IMG/VR virus record: IMGVR_UViG_3300008111_001005
Location: 3,213 to 67,212 of that record
Strand: one strand, 5' to 3'
Length of the DNA: 64,000 nt
Origin: a virus
Position 1 is the stretch's first letter; every line of letters starts with the position of its first letter. Made by a program: the position numbers and the translations under genes. Positions 39,127 through 49,788 of this stretch are shown piece by piece. Below the pieces are notes generated by a model. The model worked only from the letters and a program-made list of their open reading frames with translations, searched no databases and was not told where the DNA came from.

Positions 39127-42100
39127 GACTTTTTTGCCCCAACCTTTCAGATTCAGATTATCAAAAGCTTGTAGATCTTCACGGAGAAGTAAGAGCAGCA
39201 GCTATTTATGCTAGATATAATGTAGATGGAGTAGTTCCTCAATTATATTATGAGCAAGGTGTTATATTAAAAGCTGATAGTTCTGCTATTAGAAATGACT
39301 TTGGGAGCGAGAAAGGATTTACACAAGCTGTAGATGTACTGTCTACGGCTTTTGTGTCTGGGATGGGTGGGCATACCGACAACAAACAAGGTATGCTTAT
39401 ACGGGCAAAAGAACTTCTTGGGAAAACAGATCAGCCTGGGGGATTAATCTATGATGCAATTATCGAACTCAGAGATTATATTTCAGAGTATGATTCAGAA
39501 ACATCTCAAGAGTATGTCAACCCTCTTTTAAATATAAATGTATCGACTCTTTCTGAAGAAGAGTTAGATATTACATATACAGCTCTAGATAGTATTATCG
39601 AGAACTGGAATGATGTTCTTATAGATCAAGACAATCCAGAAACTGAAACAATTAGAAAAGGTTTTAGATCATCTTTAATTGATGCTATTAAAGCCTATGG
39701 ATATAATATTGGGAAGGCATACACTCCTGAGCAAATCGTTAAAGAAGATCTTGAACTTACAGATGCTGAGCAAGATCAAAATCCTGATGAGGAAGAAGAG
39801 CCATCAGAAGCGGATGTAGAGGATGATGTTGTTATGGCTGAGAAGAACTACTCTATAGCAACGCTGCAAGTAGATCCAGCTACCACTGTCTCTCAAGAAG
39901 TAAAAAGACTTCTACAAGATATTATATCTCCATACCCTAACATGTATGGATTTAAAACTACTATCCCTGTTACTAGATTAATGGGGAAGATAAAGAGTAA
40001 AGTAAAAAACGTAACATCATTTGAGCAAATGCAAGAAGCTCTTACTGCAGCTTCTAAATATGATGCAGAGTTACTCCCAGTTGTTGAAGCATTATCTCGT
40101 TTCTCAACTGCACAAAAAGCTCAGTTCTTTAAGACATTTAGACTTGATGAAACCAAGCTAATTATTATTGAAGAATCTTATGCACAGGAAGATGTTGTAG
40201 ATGCAGAGGGAGATGTTGTAATAAAGGATGGGAAAGCAGAAAAAGCTTTAGGGAAATCTACAACTGTTATTGGGATTAATAAAGAAGACTCTATATCTAA
40301 GTTAAGATCTGCATGGTTGCAGAATATACAGTCTGAACAGCAGTTTAAAAATAATCCTACAGTATATACAGTAACTAAAGATGAGGAGGGAAATAATATA
40401 TATAATCTTAGAAATCCAATTTCTAAAACTGAAGATATAAAAAGAGACTTCTCTATACTGCAGGGAACTAATTTAACTGCAAAGACTCAAGCGTTGGGGC
40501 GGATTATGTGGGAGCTTGGGATGAATATTGGGAATAGTAAAGAAGAGAATCAACAGATTATAGAGGAATACATTTTATCTAAAGGGCCTGAAGCTCAACA
40601 ATTTTTAGCTAGAGTATTAGATAAAGGAGATATCAAAGGAATCTTACAAGACATATTTGAAACTAAACTCTCTGGAGGTAGAATATCTGAATTTGTAGCC
40701 CCTAAAAAGGATATGAAATCTGATTATTCTATGGGACGTATCAATCAGATTAACTACTTAGCAAATGTTTTTGCTGACTTATATACATCTGATACAGTAG
40801 ATTCTGTTCTTAACGGGAAAGGGAAACCAGTATACCCAGTTAACAAACCTACCCCTCTTACGGATAGAATCAATGACATGAACTCTGAGACTAGATCTCA
40901 GACATATCTTGACATGGAGCAAGATGCTTCTCTTAATCCTTCTCTTGAACATAGATCTCTACTGTTTGGGATTCTTGAAAGTGCTGAGTTTGGGTATTTC
41001 AATATTCAAACTCAACAATTTAGTGCTGTTAGAGGAGAAGAGGATGAAGCTTCAGATGCAAAAGAATATAAAGATCTGAAAGAAAGAGGTCTACTTAAGA
41101 CTGCTTTAGATCTATTCCTGATGGATGGGACAAGTACTATGAGAGTGCAAGTTCCTACTCAGGAATCTAGAGAGAATTTAACATATGTAACTCTTCCCAA
41201 GTTTGACGATTTTAGTAATAAGAGCAAACTCACAGAGATCTTTAAGGATACTGGGATGAGCAAGAGGAAAATCATTGAGGCTATTATTGTACAAGATCTT
41301 GTACGAATTAATAGAGATTCTAAAATTAATGAGGATTCTAAAGAATCTCCACAAGGAGGATTTAAAGAATATCACGATAATATAGATAGAATAAAACAAA
41401 TGAGACTCTCTGGAACAGGAGATGTTACAATTAATGGGACTAATCTTTCTGGTTTTATATTAGGTATGTTAGAAGCCGGAAGAGTTTCAACATATGATTC
41501 TCAATGGAATGCAATTGATCAGATGGTTGAGAAATATCTAAATGAAACTCTCCCAGCTCACAGTGCTGCAATGATGCAGAAATTAGAGTCTCTTAATCTT
41601 AATGAGACATATATAGATTCTGAAGGACTTAAAAGAGGATACAGAGGAGATTTTAATGCTTTCATAGATTCTTTTGTATTTAATACAATTGTATCTAGAA
41701 TTGAGTTAACTAGCTTATTTAGAGGTAGTCACGCATACTTTAAAAGTATTGAGGACTTATATAAGAGATGGGGACTATTAAATACTCCAGGATCTAGAGC
41801 ATTTATTAAAGGTTCTGATCCTCTTAATCCTGACTTTGGGATGTTTGAAACATTTGGTCAAGCATCATTTAATGACTTAGGAACAGAAGGAGAAGTTACA
41901 GAGAAACTTGCAAATGTATATAAAGACCAGCTCATAAAACAAGGTGTGTCTCAAGAGAGAGCATCAGCGATATCAAATAATTTTAGATCAAATGTAGCTA
42001 AGGGTACTGACGCTTTGGCTATTATTAGCCCTGAGATGTTTAGAGCTTTGATACAAGGTGGGTTTGGGCCATCTACATGGACTGCAGAGAATGAGGAAAT

Positions 42101-45100
42101 GTATCAGAGATACAGAGAAGGAGGAAAGTGGGAGTTTGAGTTTACTCCTCAATTCAAATTATTCTACGATCATACAGGGATTGTAGAAGTTGCAGGTCAA
42201 AAGATATATGCATCTGAATTAGATAAGAACGCATTCTTTGTTCTCAATAGAGACGTTGCTGCTACATCTCCGATAATGGAGGATATGTATAGAGCAATGA
42301 ATGGGGAGTATACAAATGGGGAACCTATTCACCTGTTCAATGCTATATCAGCAAAGAAGGGAATCAAGAGAAAAGTATTTACGATTGATAGATCTAAAGA
42401 AGAAAGAGGAGAAAGTAATTACTTCCAAGGAATAGAGCCTACTATACAGTATGGACGATCGTTTGTAGAACCTCAGGTTATGTCTACAAAGGAGAAATCT
42501 CAAGTTAGATTTAATAGACAGATTAGAAAGCATGCTGTGGCTAATCTCAATCGTCAAGGAACATATAAATTCCGTGGGACAGATATTTCTGGGCAGCAAC
42601 TTTTTGATATCTATGGTCGAGCATTCAAGGCTAAAGTAACTAAGACTCTTAAGGATACTATTGAAGAAGTAGGATTTGGGGATTATATCAATGCTACTAC
42701 TGAAGCTGAAAGACAAACAGCTAAGCTTAAGATGCTCTCTAAGATTAAAGAGTTAACTATTGAATCTAAGAGGAATAGTGGGCAACTTGATATTGTACTT
42801 GAAGATCAATTAGCTATCGTTAAAGTAAATAACGAATATGACTTTAGACTTCCTGTGTCATTCCCAACTACTGAGAGAGATCTTACAGCGCAGTTCTTAG
42901 GACTGTTTAGATCTAGAGTAGCCAAGATTATGGTTCCTGGGGTTGAGCTTGTTCAGGCTGGGGCTATGGGTAAGTTCCATATCAATGGAGAATTACGAGA
43001 ATTACAGTTTATTGATGCAGCTTCTGAGGATAAATTGTATGTAGAAGTTGCTTTATCTGAGGATGTGTTGGAAAAGATTGGGATTAAAGTTGGGGAAGAT
43101 CTTGATTTATCAGATCCTGCAATACAAGAAAAGCTTGTTCTTTTAGGATATCGTATCCCACACCAATCTCTGGCATCAACTCTTGTTCTTCGTCCAGCTA
43201 TTGCTCTCCCAAAATCATATAAGAAGAGCATTATTGTTCCTGCAAACTTCACAGTAGTAACAGGTTCCGACTTTGACTGGGATAAACTCTATGTTATTAT
43301 GCAAGATATAGATGCTGATGGGAATATAGCTTTCCCCAACATTAATATAACCGATCTTGCAAATCAGCCTTTAGAATATTACGAAAGCTTAGATGAAGCG
43401 CAGCTTAATAACTTGTTATTTTACACACAGGTAGCTGTATCTCAGAACCTTGAGCACTTAGAAGAGGTACTGTCTGGGGTAGAATCTAAAGAGTATAAGG
43501 AAATTGCTGATAGATTAAATATTATGGAGAATGCAGATCTTGGCTCTAATGCCTTTGATGATCCTCTCTTAGATATTAAGATGTACAATAAGTTCATGAC
43601 AGCTGCAGGTCTTGTTGGGCAGTATGCAAATGCTGACTCTGGATTCTCAGTTGCAGTGCATGGAAATCTTGGAGATGGGACAAAAGGATTACGATTAAAT
43701 CAAAGTGCTAAGGTTACTTGGGTGCAGGATGGAGTGCGATTTGAACTAGACACTGTCCGAAATAGATCTGCTGTTACTGGAGAACGAGTGAATAAAGTAT
43801 TTACTTCTCACGGATCTGCTTCACTTGACGTTGGGGGACAAGAAAACCCATTACAAGAAAGAACAAATGATACAGGTTTAACAGCTAATGCCACTATTCA
43901 CTTAGGATCAGTTGGAGTTCCTGAAGCTGGGGTTATTGCATTTAGAATGCAGCCTTTAGTTAAGGAATTTACAAGAAGAGTAAATACCAGTGCAGAGGGT
44001 CCTTATCAAGTATTTAAAGATATGATAAAAGAATTAGGACTACATCGCGATTTGCTTCAAAATGCTAATGATAGAGTCAATGGACCTATGGATCCTATGA
44101 GTCAAGAAGACCTTGAAACTGTCATTGCTAATCAAGATACAACCAGTGAGTTAGCAAAGAGTTTGTTTAGGAACTTTATCATATCTTATTATTCTGGGAA
44201 AGAATTACGTAAAATTTATAAATCTTTATCTCCAGATACATTAGATGCTGTAAATGACTTAGGAGAAATGCAAGTAATTGCAGATACAATTAATGTAATT
44301 AAAGCACAATCTAATCCTTTAGTTAGTGCAGAAGACTTACAGCAGTTCTTAGAAGGAGATGCATTCCTCCCAACACAGGCATTCCAAGAATACTTCAATG
44401 TAGTATTCAATGCTGCTAAGCCTCTATTCTTTGGACCATCAGACTCTGTTCTCATGTTCAAAGAATACTTGAAGAATATTCTTATGCTTGAGGATTTAAC
44501 TGCATCTCAGCATAGAGCAATCAATAGAGCATTGCTGTACTCTCTTATGTCAGCTCCTGGGACTAAGTTCAATGAACTGTTTTTGAGTAAAAATCCCGAA
44601 GGACAATTTACTGGGAATGATCCTAAAAAATTGGTTGACAATAAGATATGGAGTAGGAGTATATTAGGGCAATTGAATGATGCTATTAAGAAATACCCTG
44701 CACTTTCAGGAAACGCACTTATTGATTCTTTAGATAATACATCCACCAAAAGCCCAGAAAGTAGAATTGTTAAGTTAGAGTTCAAACCTAAAGGGCGAGT
44801 AGATGCTGATTTAAGTAATAGAATCTCTGAAGGATTTATGCTATTAATCTCAAATCCTGGGAGATATACTTCCCCACTCCAAGATAAAGTTGAAAGAGAA
44901 AAGCAGAATCTTGAAATTGCAGAACTTGGATACTCTTTGATGCAGTATGCACTTATATCTAGTGCTTTCCTCCCAAGTAAGAGTTCTTTCTACAAGTTTA
45001 TTCGTCCAGAAATGTTTGAAGCACTTGGAATATTAAATGAGTTTAGAGACTCTATCAATAATTCTAGAAATGATATTAACAAGTTTACAGACCCAGAATT

Positions 45101-45566
45101 TGTTGTAGAATTTGTTAGAAACTTTGGGTTGAGTTTTGGACTTATTCAGAAAGAATCTAGATTAAAATTAACAAAAAACACAAAAGTATATGAAGGAACT
45201 GAATATAAAATATATTCTATTCCTTCAGTAGTTACAGAAACTGCAATGTTCTATAAAAAATATAAGAAAGTTCCTAAAAATAGAAAAGGAACTATGGATG
45301 CTACAGAACTCTATGTAAGAATTGGGGGAGATAATAATAATTCTTACTATATTAAAGTAACTCCTAAAGGGATTAAGAATAGACTTGTAGAGATGAATAT
45401 CCCTGGAAATGGGGGGACAATAGTAACTGGGAGGGAGGGTATGCAGAAATTTTCTGGAGAATTATATAATCAATTTAAAAGCTATTTAGAGCAGTCTGCT
45501 ATCTCTAAGATATACTCCTCTGACAATGACGGATTGAACAAATATGGAGTCAATTGCAGATTTTAA
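39123..45566 (+). CDS. Virion-packaged single-chain two-barrel DNA-dependent RNA polymerase (crAss type)
   Basis: GYRIPHQ...IIVP......GSDFDWDKLY catalytic loop, plus KRWGLLNTPG, TDALAIISPE and SAKK motifs. About 2150 aa. The ATG at 39123 overlaps the upstream TGA. Confidence 0.9.
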   Translation: MRLFCPNLSDSDYQKLVDLHGEVRAAAIYARYNVDGVVPQLYYEQGVILKADSSAIRNDFGSEKGFTQAVDVLSTAFVSGMGGHTDNKQGMLIRAKELLGKTDQPGGLIYDAIIELRDYISEYDSETSQEYVNPLLNINVSTLSEEELDITYTALDSIIENWNDVLIDQDNPETETIRKGFRSSLIDAIKAYGYNIGKAYTPEQIVKEDLELTDAEQDQNPDEEEEPSEADVEDDVVMAEKNYSIATLQVDPATTVSQEVKRLLQDIISPYPNMYGFKTTIPVTRLMGKIKSKVKNVTSFEQMQEALTAASKYDAELLPVVEALSRFSTAQKAQFFKTFRLDETKLIIIEESYAQEDVVDAEGDVVIKDGKAEKALGKSTTVIGINKEDSISKLRSAWLQNIQSEQQFKNNPTVYTVTKDEEGNNIYNLRNPISKTEDIKRDFSILQGTNLTAKTQALGRIMWELGMNIGNSKEENQQIIEEYILSKGPEAQQFLARVLDKGDIKGILQDIFETKLSGGRISEFVAPKKDMKSDYSMGRINQINYLANVFADLYTSDTVDSVLNGKGKPVYPVNKPTPLTDRINDMNSETRSQTYLDMEQDASLNPSLEHRSLLFGILESAEFGYFNIQTQQFSAVRGEEDEASDAKEYKDLKERGLLKTALDLFLMDGTSTMRVQVPTQESRENLTYVTLPKFDDFSNKSKLTEIFKDTGMSKRKIIEAIIVQDLVRINRDSKINEDSKESPQGGFKEYHDNIDRIKQMRLSGTGDVTINGTNLSGFILGMLEAGRVSTYDSQWNAIDQMVEKYLNETLPAHSAAMMQKLESLNLNETYIDSEGLKRGYRGDFNAFIDSFVFNTIVSRIELTSLFRGSHAYFKSIEDLYKRWGLLNTPGSRAFIKGSDPLNPDFGMFETFGQASFNDLGTEGEVTEKLANVYKDQLIKQGVSQERASAISNNFRSNVAKGTDALAIISPEMFRALIQGGFGPSTWTAENEEMYQRYREGGKWEFEFTPQFKLFYDHTGIVEVAGQKIYASELDKNAFFVLNRDVAATSPIMEDMYRAMNGEYTNGEPIHLFNAISAKKGIKRKVFTIDRSKEERGESNYFQGIEPTIQYGRSFVEPQVMSTKEKSQVRFNRQIRKHAVANLNRQGTYKFRGTDISGQQLFDIYGRAFKAKVTKTLKDTIEEVGFGDYINATTEAERQTAKLKMLSKIKELTIESKRNSGQLDIVLEDQLAIVKVNNEYDFRLPVSFPTTERDLTAQFLGLFRSRVAKIMVPGVELVQAGAMGKFHINGELRELQFIDAASEDKLYVEVALSEDVLEKIGIKVGEDLDLSDPAIQEKLVLLGYRIPHQSLASTLVLRPAIALPKSYKKSIIVPANFTVVTGSDFDWDKLYVIMQDIDADGNIAFPNINITDLANQPLEYYESLDEAQLNNLLFYTQVAVSQNLEHLEEVLSGVESKEYKEIADRLNIMENADLGSNAFDDPLLDIKMYNKFMTAAGLVGQYANADSGFSVAVHGNLGDGTKGLRLNQSAKVTWVQDGVRFELDTVRNRSAVTGERVNKVFTSHGSASLDVGGQENPLQERTNDTGLTANATIHLGSVGVPEAGVIAFRMQPLVKEFTRRVNTSAEGPYQVFKDMIKELGLHRDLLQNANDRVNGPMDPMSQEDLETVIANQDTTSELAKSLFRNFIISYYSGKELRKIYKSLSPDTLDAVNDLGEMQVIADTINVIKAQSNPLVSAEDLQQFLEGDAFLPTQAFQEYFNVVFNAAKPLFFGPSDSVLMFKEYLKNILMLEDLTASQHRAINRALLYSLMSAPGTKFNELFLSKNPEGQFTGNDPKKLVDNKIWSRSILGQLNDAIKKYPALSGNALIDSLDNTSTKSPESRIVKLEFKPKGRVDADLSNRISEGFMLLISNPGRYTSPLQDKVEREKQNLEIAELGYSLMQYALISSAFLPSKSSFYKFIRPEMFEALGILNEFRDSINNSRNDINKFTDPEFVVEFVRNFGLSFGLIQKESRLKLTKNTKVYEGTEYKIYSIPSVVTETAMFYKKYKKVPKNRKGTMDATELYVRIGGDNNNSYYIKVTPKGIKNRLVEMNIPGNGGTIVTGREGMQKFSGELYNQFKSYLEQSAISKIYSSDNDGLNKYGVNCRF

Positions 45567-45596
45567 TTAATATCTTTACAATAAAAAGTAAATAAC

Positions 45597-48500
45597 ATGG
45601 CTTGTGTATATACTGTCAATGGAGTGGGTGATGAATTTGTTACAAACGTATTTCAATATGTTGAGGATACTCCGATAGGATCTAGAATGCTAGAGTCTAT
45701 TGAGGAGATTATCTTACAAGATGGGTTGGGGATACGAGTAGAGGGTGCATCTCATATGTACATTAATCCTAGACGTTCTCAGCGACAAGCTCTTAAGCAG
45801 ATTGACTCTGTAAATTCAGTAGCAGCACAAGCATTTGGGGCGGATGATCTTCTTCTAAAAACTGATAGAGTGGGATCAAGTATCAAATTGATAGTTGATT
45901 ACAATGTCTTAAAAAATATTAATAAGGCTATTCCTGATATGTATGAATTCTCTACAACTGCAAATAGAGTAGTAGAAGATTCTGATATCTTAGGAGATGT
46001 TACAGAGGAGTTTGCTGCTATGGAGGGATCTGGTAAATTATCCCAGGAAGTAGAGAAAGTTAGAAAGAATGGGGAAGAGTTAACAGGATTGATCATAGAG
46101 AATCTTGAGAACAATCTTCGTAAGCTTAAAGAAGAACCCCCGTCAGATCAGAATAAAGCACAGCAGAATAGGATACGTGCTATGCTTAGCAGAATTAAAA
46201 AGAAGAGTGAATCTATAAATTCTTACTATGACTTTGTGCATTATCTGCACGATATGTCTGTTAAAGGACAGGCACAGTTAAAAGTATTAGAGGAGAAGTA
46301 CGAAGCTCTTAATGCTAAGGGTAAAGTAAGTAATGTTGAGAGAGAAAGAGTTCTTAGAAAGATATCTGATCTCAAGCAAACTATTGACTCTTTTTATTCT
46401 GGGAGTAGCAGTAAGTCTATTGTCACTCTTTTAGGGTACCAAGTAGAGTCTATTCTCAACTCTAATATGTCTGATGAGATTGCTGCTGGGGAAGATATTC
46501 TATACTACGTCAGAGAGTCTGAGAGACGCATGAAAGAGATTGATAGCAGATTTTTAGACGCTGTACTCCCTATACATGTGGACTATCTCCTTGAGTATGC
46601 TCCTATGGATATCAATAAGCAACTAGATGCTAAGATTGAGAGAATTAAAACAGCTGGAGTAGTAGTCGATATCAATAGGTTTGACGTTAGATACTTAAAG
46701 GCTAGAGCTGCTGGGAGAGATGCAGTATTAGCTCTGAATATCAAGCAGTTAGAAGAGAAGAAAATAGGGAGAGAGGCTATCTTAGCTGAAATGAGAGCAT
46801 CTCATACAGATGCTAGCTGGTTCTCTTTATGGTTAGATCCCGTTGTTTATAGCAGAAGCACATCAATACAGCTATTTGCTAATGCTGTAAAGACTAAACT
46901 GTTTGGGGCATATCAGGATACTATAAATACAAAGTATGATCTTGCAGATCCATACAGAAAGTTTGTGAATTGGAAAGGGGTTGGGGAAGATAATCCTGCT
47001 AAGCTCTATGAAGATATCTTAGAGACTATAACCATATATAGGAGAGATGATGAGACTGGAAAGTATTCATCTACAGAAGTGCTATCATTTGTACAGCAGT
47101 ACGATGTAAGCAAGTTCTATGCTGCTAAAGATAAATTCTACGCAGAAGCTAGAGCTAGAAACAATTATCCTGAAGGAGTAAAGGGGAAAGATCTAGATGC
47201 GTACTTTAAAACTTCAGATGGGAAAAGCTATTTAGAAGAAGTTAACTCTTGGTGGGGACAGAATACCATCCCAGTTGAAGGTGCTCAAAGTCAGCTTGAT
47301 GCTTTAATTAGAAAGAAAGAAGCCTTAGAATTTGATGTTCTTACTCAGGCAGTTCCTGAGACTGAAAAAGCCCAGATATGGGCAGCAATCAATGGGCTGC
47401 AGTATGAGATTGAACGTGTATTCTCTGGAGGTGTCTTTAAGGGCAGTCTGGCAGTTCCTAATGATATCTACTTAAATCCTAAGTATGCTCAGATGCCTGC
47501 AGAGGCTAGAGAATACTACGATATACTTCTTGATAAATACAAAACAGCTCAATTAAAGAAGATTGGGGGTACTCCACAGTTTAAGAATACTTGGGATGAC
47601 TTCTCATATGTAGCTCCATCTATTCGTAAATCTGCTCAAGATGAGTTCCTTGAAGATGGAGTATCCAAATCAGTAAAAGGATTCTTTCAAAATAACTTCT
47701 TGCATCAAGAGACAGATACAGAGTTTGGGGAATTACTGGGAAAGAACAAAGAAAGACTCAGAGCAATCCCTATGCACTTTGTAGGGACATTAGATCAAGC
47801 TTTGATATCTAGAGACATTACATCTAGTATCATTAAGTTTGATGATATGGCTAACAGGTTTAGAAGTAAATCTGAATTACATGGGGTAGTTAATGTTATG
47901 AGATCTGCATTAGAAAACCGTATGGAGGTTAACTTACTTCCCAATGGAGATCTGCAGACTAATAGCATTCTATCTAAGTATGGATTGCATAAGTTATATG
48001 CTAGATCCCCACAAGGAGGAGACTCTAACGATCTTAAAAAAGTAAATGAGTGGCTGGAGAGTGTGTTCTATGACAGACAATCTGCATCTGATGCTTCTGC
48101 TACATTTCTTGGGATGTCCCCAGAAAAACTATCTGCATCTATAAGTAGTTTAACAGCTATTACAGCACTTGGATTGAACATTCCGCAGGCAGCTAACCAG
48201 TGGTTAATGGATAATACTGTGTCAATACAAGAGGGGATATCTGGGGGATACTTTACGGCTAAAAATCTTGGGAAAGCTAAGATGCATATGGGGACTTTAG
48301 GAGGTAATCTTGCTGAAACTGCATCGGGAAAATTAACTAAAGGGAATAAGATTGGGGCGTTTATGGAATTAACTAATGCTTTACAAGAAGGGTCTCAAGC
48401 TTTTAATAACTTAACAGGGAGTGCAGCTAAAAAAGCAGCAAGTGTATCAACTTTAACATTTGCTCAGAAGGCTGCAGATATACAGTTGATGGGTCAAAAG

Positions 48501-49397
48501 GTCCTAGCTATGGCCTTTGAAATGGAGGGGCAGCTGAAAGACAAGGATGGGAATGTGATAAAGAATGAAGATGGGAGTGATGCCAACTTGTACGATGTAT
48601 TTATACAAGATTCTAAGGGCAGGTGGATCATTGACCCACGGGTAGCTAATTTCAATTTAGCTAAGTTCTCTTTAAGAGTATCGTCTATGTCTAAGACACT
48701 CAACCAGTTACGTGGAAGTGTAGACGTAGTAGCTGCACAGAGACGTGCTGGAGCTAGGTTGTTACTTCTTTTTAGAAGTTATTTTGTCCCCGGTCTGAGA
48801 AGAAGATTTGGATTTGGGGATGGGGCTCACATAGATGTAGAGAGCGGGGAGCTTACAAATGGGTATTATAATACCATGATAAATGCAATGTCTAATCTCA
48901 TTCAAACTAGAGATCTTAAAAAGACATTTGGGGATTTATCAGAATCAGAGAAAAAGAATCTGATTCGAGCAGGGGTAGAAATGGCTGTTTCTACTATAGC
49001 CTTGATGCTTGCAAACACTATAAAAGGTATGTTCGATGATGACGATGAGAAGAACCCATACTGGGCATCATTCACTGTCTACCAAGCTTTGAGACTGCGT
49101 AGTGAACTTGTAGCCTTTAGGAATATTGAAGAGTTTATAAGACTTGCTGAATCTCCTACTGCTACCATTCGCCCAGTTAAAAATGCTTGGGAACTTGCAA
49201 TATCAGCTAAAAACTTAGGTATGTATAATCTTGGGTGGCCTGTAGATGAAAAAGAGATATATTACCAAAGAAAGTCAGGCCCTTATGAGAAAGGAGATTT
49301 GAAAGTAGTGAAAGAGCTAACTGATATACTACCTGGATTCTCAGGGGTGTCTAAAACAAACAATCCAGAGAATCTAGCTAAATTCTACGAGAAGTAA
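45597..49397 (+). CDS. Giant ejected virion protein downstream of the RNA polymerase
   Basis: 1266 aa, helical, with ISRDITSS and LLLLFRSYFVPGLRRRF motifs. Its single Cys is residue 3. Confidence 0.7.
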   Translation: MACVYTVNGVGDEFVTNVFQYVEDTPIGSRMLESIEEIILQDGLGIRVEGASHMYINPRRSQRQALKQIDSVNSVAAQAFGADDLLLKTDRVGSSIKLIVDYNVLKNINKAIPDMYEFSTTANRVVEDSDILGDVTEEFAAMEGSGKLSQEVEKVRKNGEELTGLIIENLENNLRKLKEEPPSDQNKAQQNRIRAMLSRIKKKSESINSYYDFVHYLHDMSVKGQAQLKVLEEKYEALNAKGKVSNVERERVLRKISDLKQTIDSFYSGSSSKSIVTLLGYQVESILNSNMSDEIAAGEDILYYVRESERRMKEIDSRFLDAVLPIHVDYLLEYAPMDINKQLDAKIERIKTAGVVVDINRFDVRYLKARAAGRDAVLALNIKQLEEKKIGREAILAEMRASHTDASWFSLWLDPVVYSRSTSIQLFANAVKTKLFGAYQDTINTKYDLADPYRKFVNWKGVGEDNPAKLYEDILETITIYRRDDETGKYSSTEVLSFVQQYDVSKFYAAKDKFYAEARARNNYPEGVKGKDLDAYFKTSDGKSYLEEVNSWWGQNTIPVEGAQSQLDALIRKKEALEFDVLTQAVPETEKAQIWAAINGLQYEIERVFSGGVFKGSLAVPNDIYLNPKYAQMPAEAREYYDILLDKYKTAQLKKIGGTPQFKNTWDDFSYVAPSIRKSAQDEFLEDGVSKSVKGFFQNNFLHQETDTEFGELLGKNKERLRAIPMHFVGTLDQALISRDITSSIIKFDDMANRFRSKSELHGVVNVMRSALENRMEVNLLPNGDLQTNSILSKYGLHKLYARSPQGGDSNDLKKVNEWLESVFYDRQSASDASATFLGMSPEKLSASISSLTAITALGLNIPQAANQWLMDNTVSIQEGISGGYFTAKNLGKAKMHMGTLGGNLAETASGKLTKGNKIGAFMELTNALQEGSQAFNNLTGSAAKKAASVSTLTFAQKAADIQLMGQKVLAMAFEMEGQLKDKDGNVIKNEDGSDANLYDVFIQDSKGRWIIDPRVANFNLAKFSLRVSSMSKTLNQLRGSVDVVAAQRRAGARLLLLFRSYFVPGLRRRFGFGDGAHIDVESGELTNGYYNTMINAMSNLIQTRDLKKTFGDLSESEKKNLIRAGVEMAVSTIALMLANTIKGMFDDDDEKNPYWASFTVYQALRLRSELVAFRNIEEFIRLAESPTATIRPVKNAWELAISAKNLGMYNLGWPVDEKEIYYQRKSGPYEKGDLKVVKELTDILPGFSGVSKTNNPENLAKFYEK

Positions 49398-49432
49398 AGT
49401 AAAAGGGGGACCGAAGTCCCCCTTTCTTTTTT
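49398..49432. terminator. Bidirectional terminator between the converging virion and replication blocks
   Basis: AAAGGGGGAC-cgaa-GTCCCCCTTT, with A-tract and T-tract flanks. Confidence 0.85.
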
Positions 49433-49772
49433 ATCTACGGCTCTTACTTAAAGCAACCTGCAATAATAACAGATACCCTATAAGATCTTTTACAGAATCT
49501 TCAGTTTTATCTGTAATCCCAGAGTTAGCTATTCTACTGATCTTGTCGTCAATACGTACACATAGTCCCTCAAGAGCACTAGAAGTAGAGAATAATCTCA
49601 GAGGATTGAGAGCAGAGTTTCCATAAGCAGAGTTCTTGTCATTAAGCATCTCTACTATTTCATCTGCAATCTGCCTTACTTGTTGCACTGTGGGGTCATT
49701 GTAGTTTTTACGAGTGGAGTATGTAAACTCCTCAGGACCAGTATGTTGCTGAAACCAAATTCCGTCGCTCAT
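49431..49772 (-). CDS. DUF1599 / nucleotide-modification-associated domain 1 protein
   Basis: KNSAYGNS...VRIDDKISRI...EDSVKDLIGYLLL. Confidence 0.75.
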   Translation of the reverse strand: MSDGIWFQQHTGPEEFTYSTRKNYNDPTVQQVRQIADEIVEMLNDKNSAYGNSALNPLRLFSTSSALEGLCVRIDDKISRIANSGITDKTEDSVKDLIGYLLLLQVALSKSRR

Positions 49773-49788
49773 AGTTATTTGTGTTTGA

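Noticed and set aside
1404-48703. Many short minus-strand ORFs within the structural block, and plus-strand ORFs within the replication block
   Set aside because: They are antisense shadows of long genes, with Leu/Ser/Phe-rich translations and no recognisable motifs.
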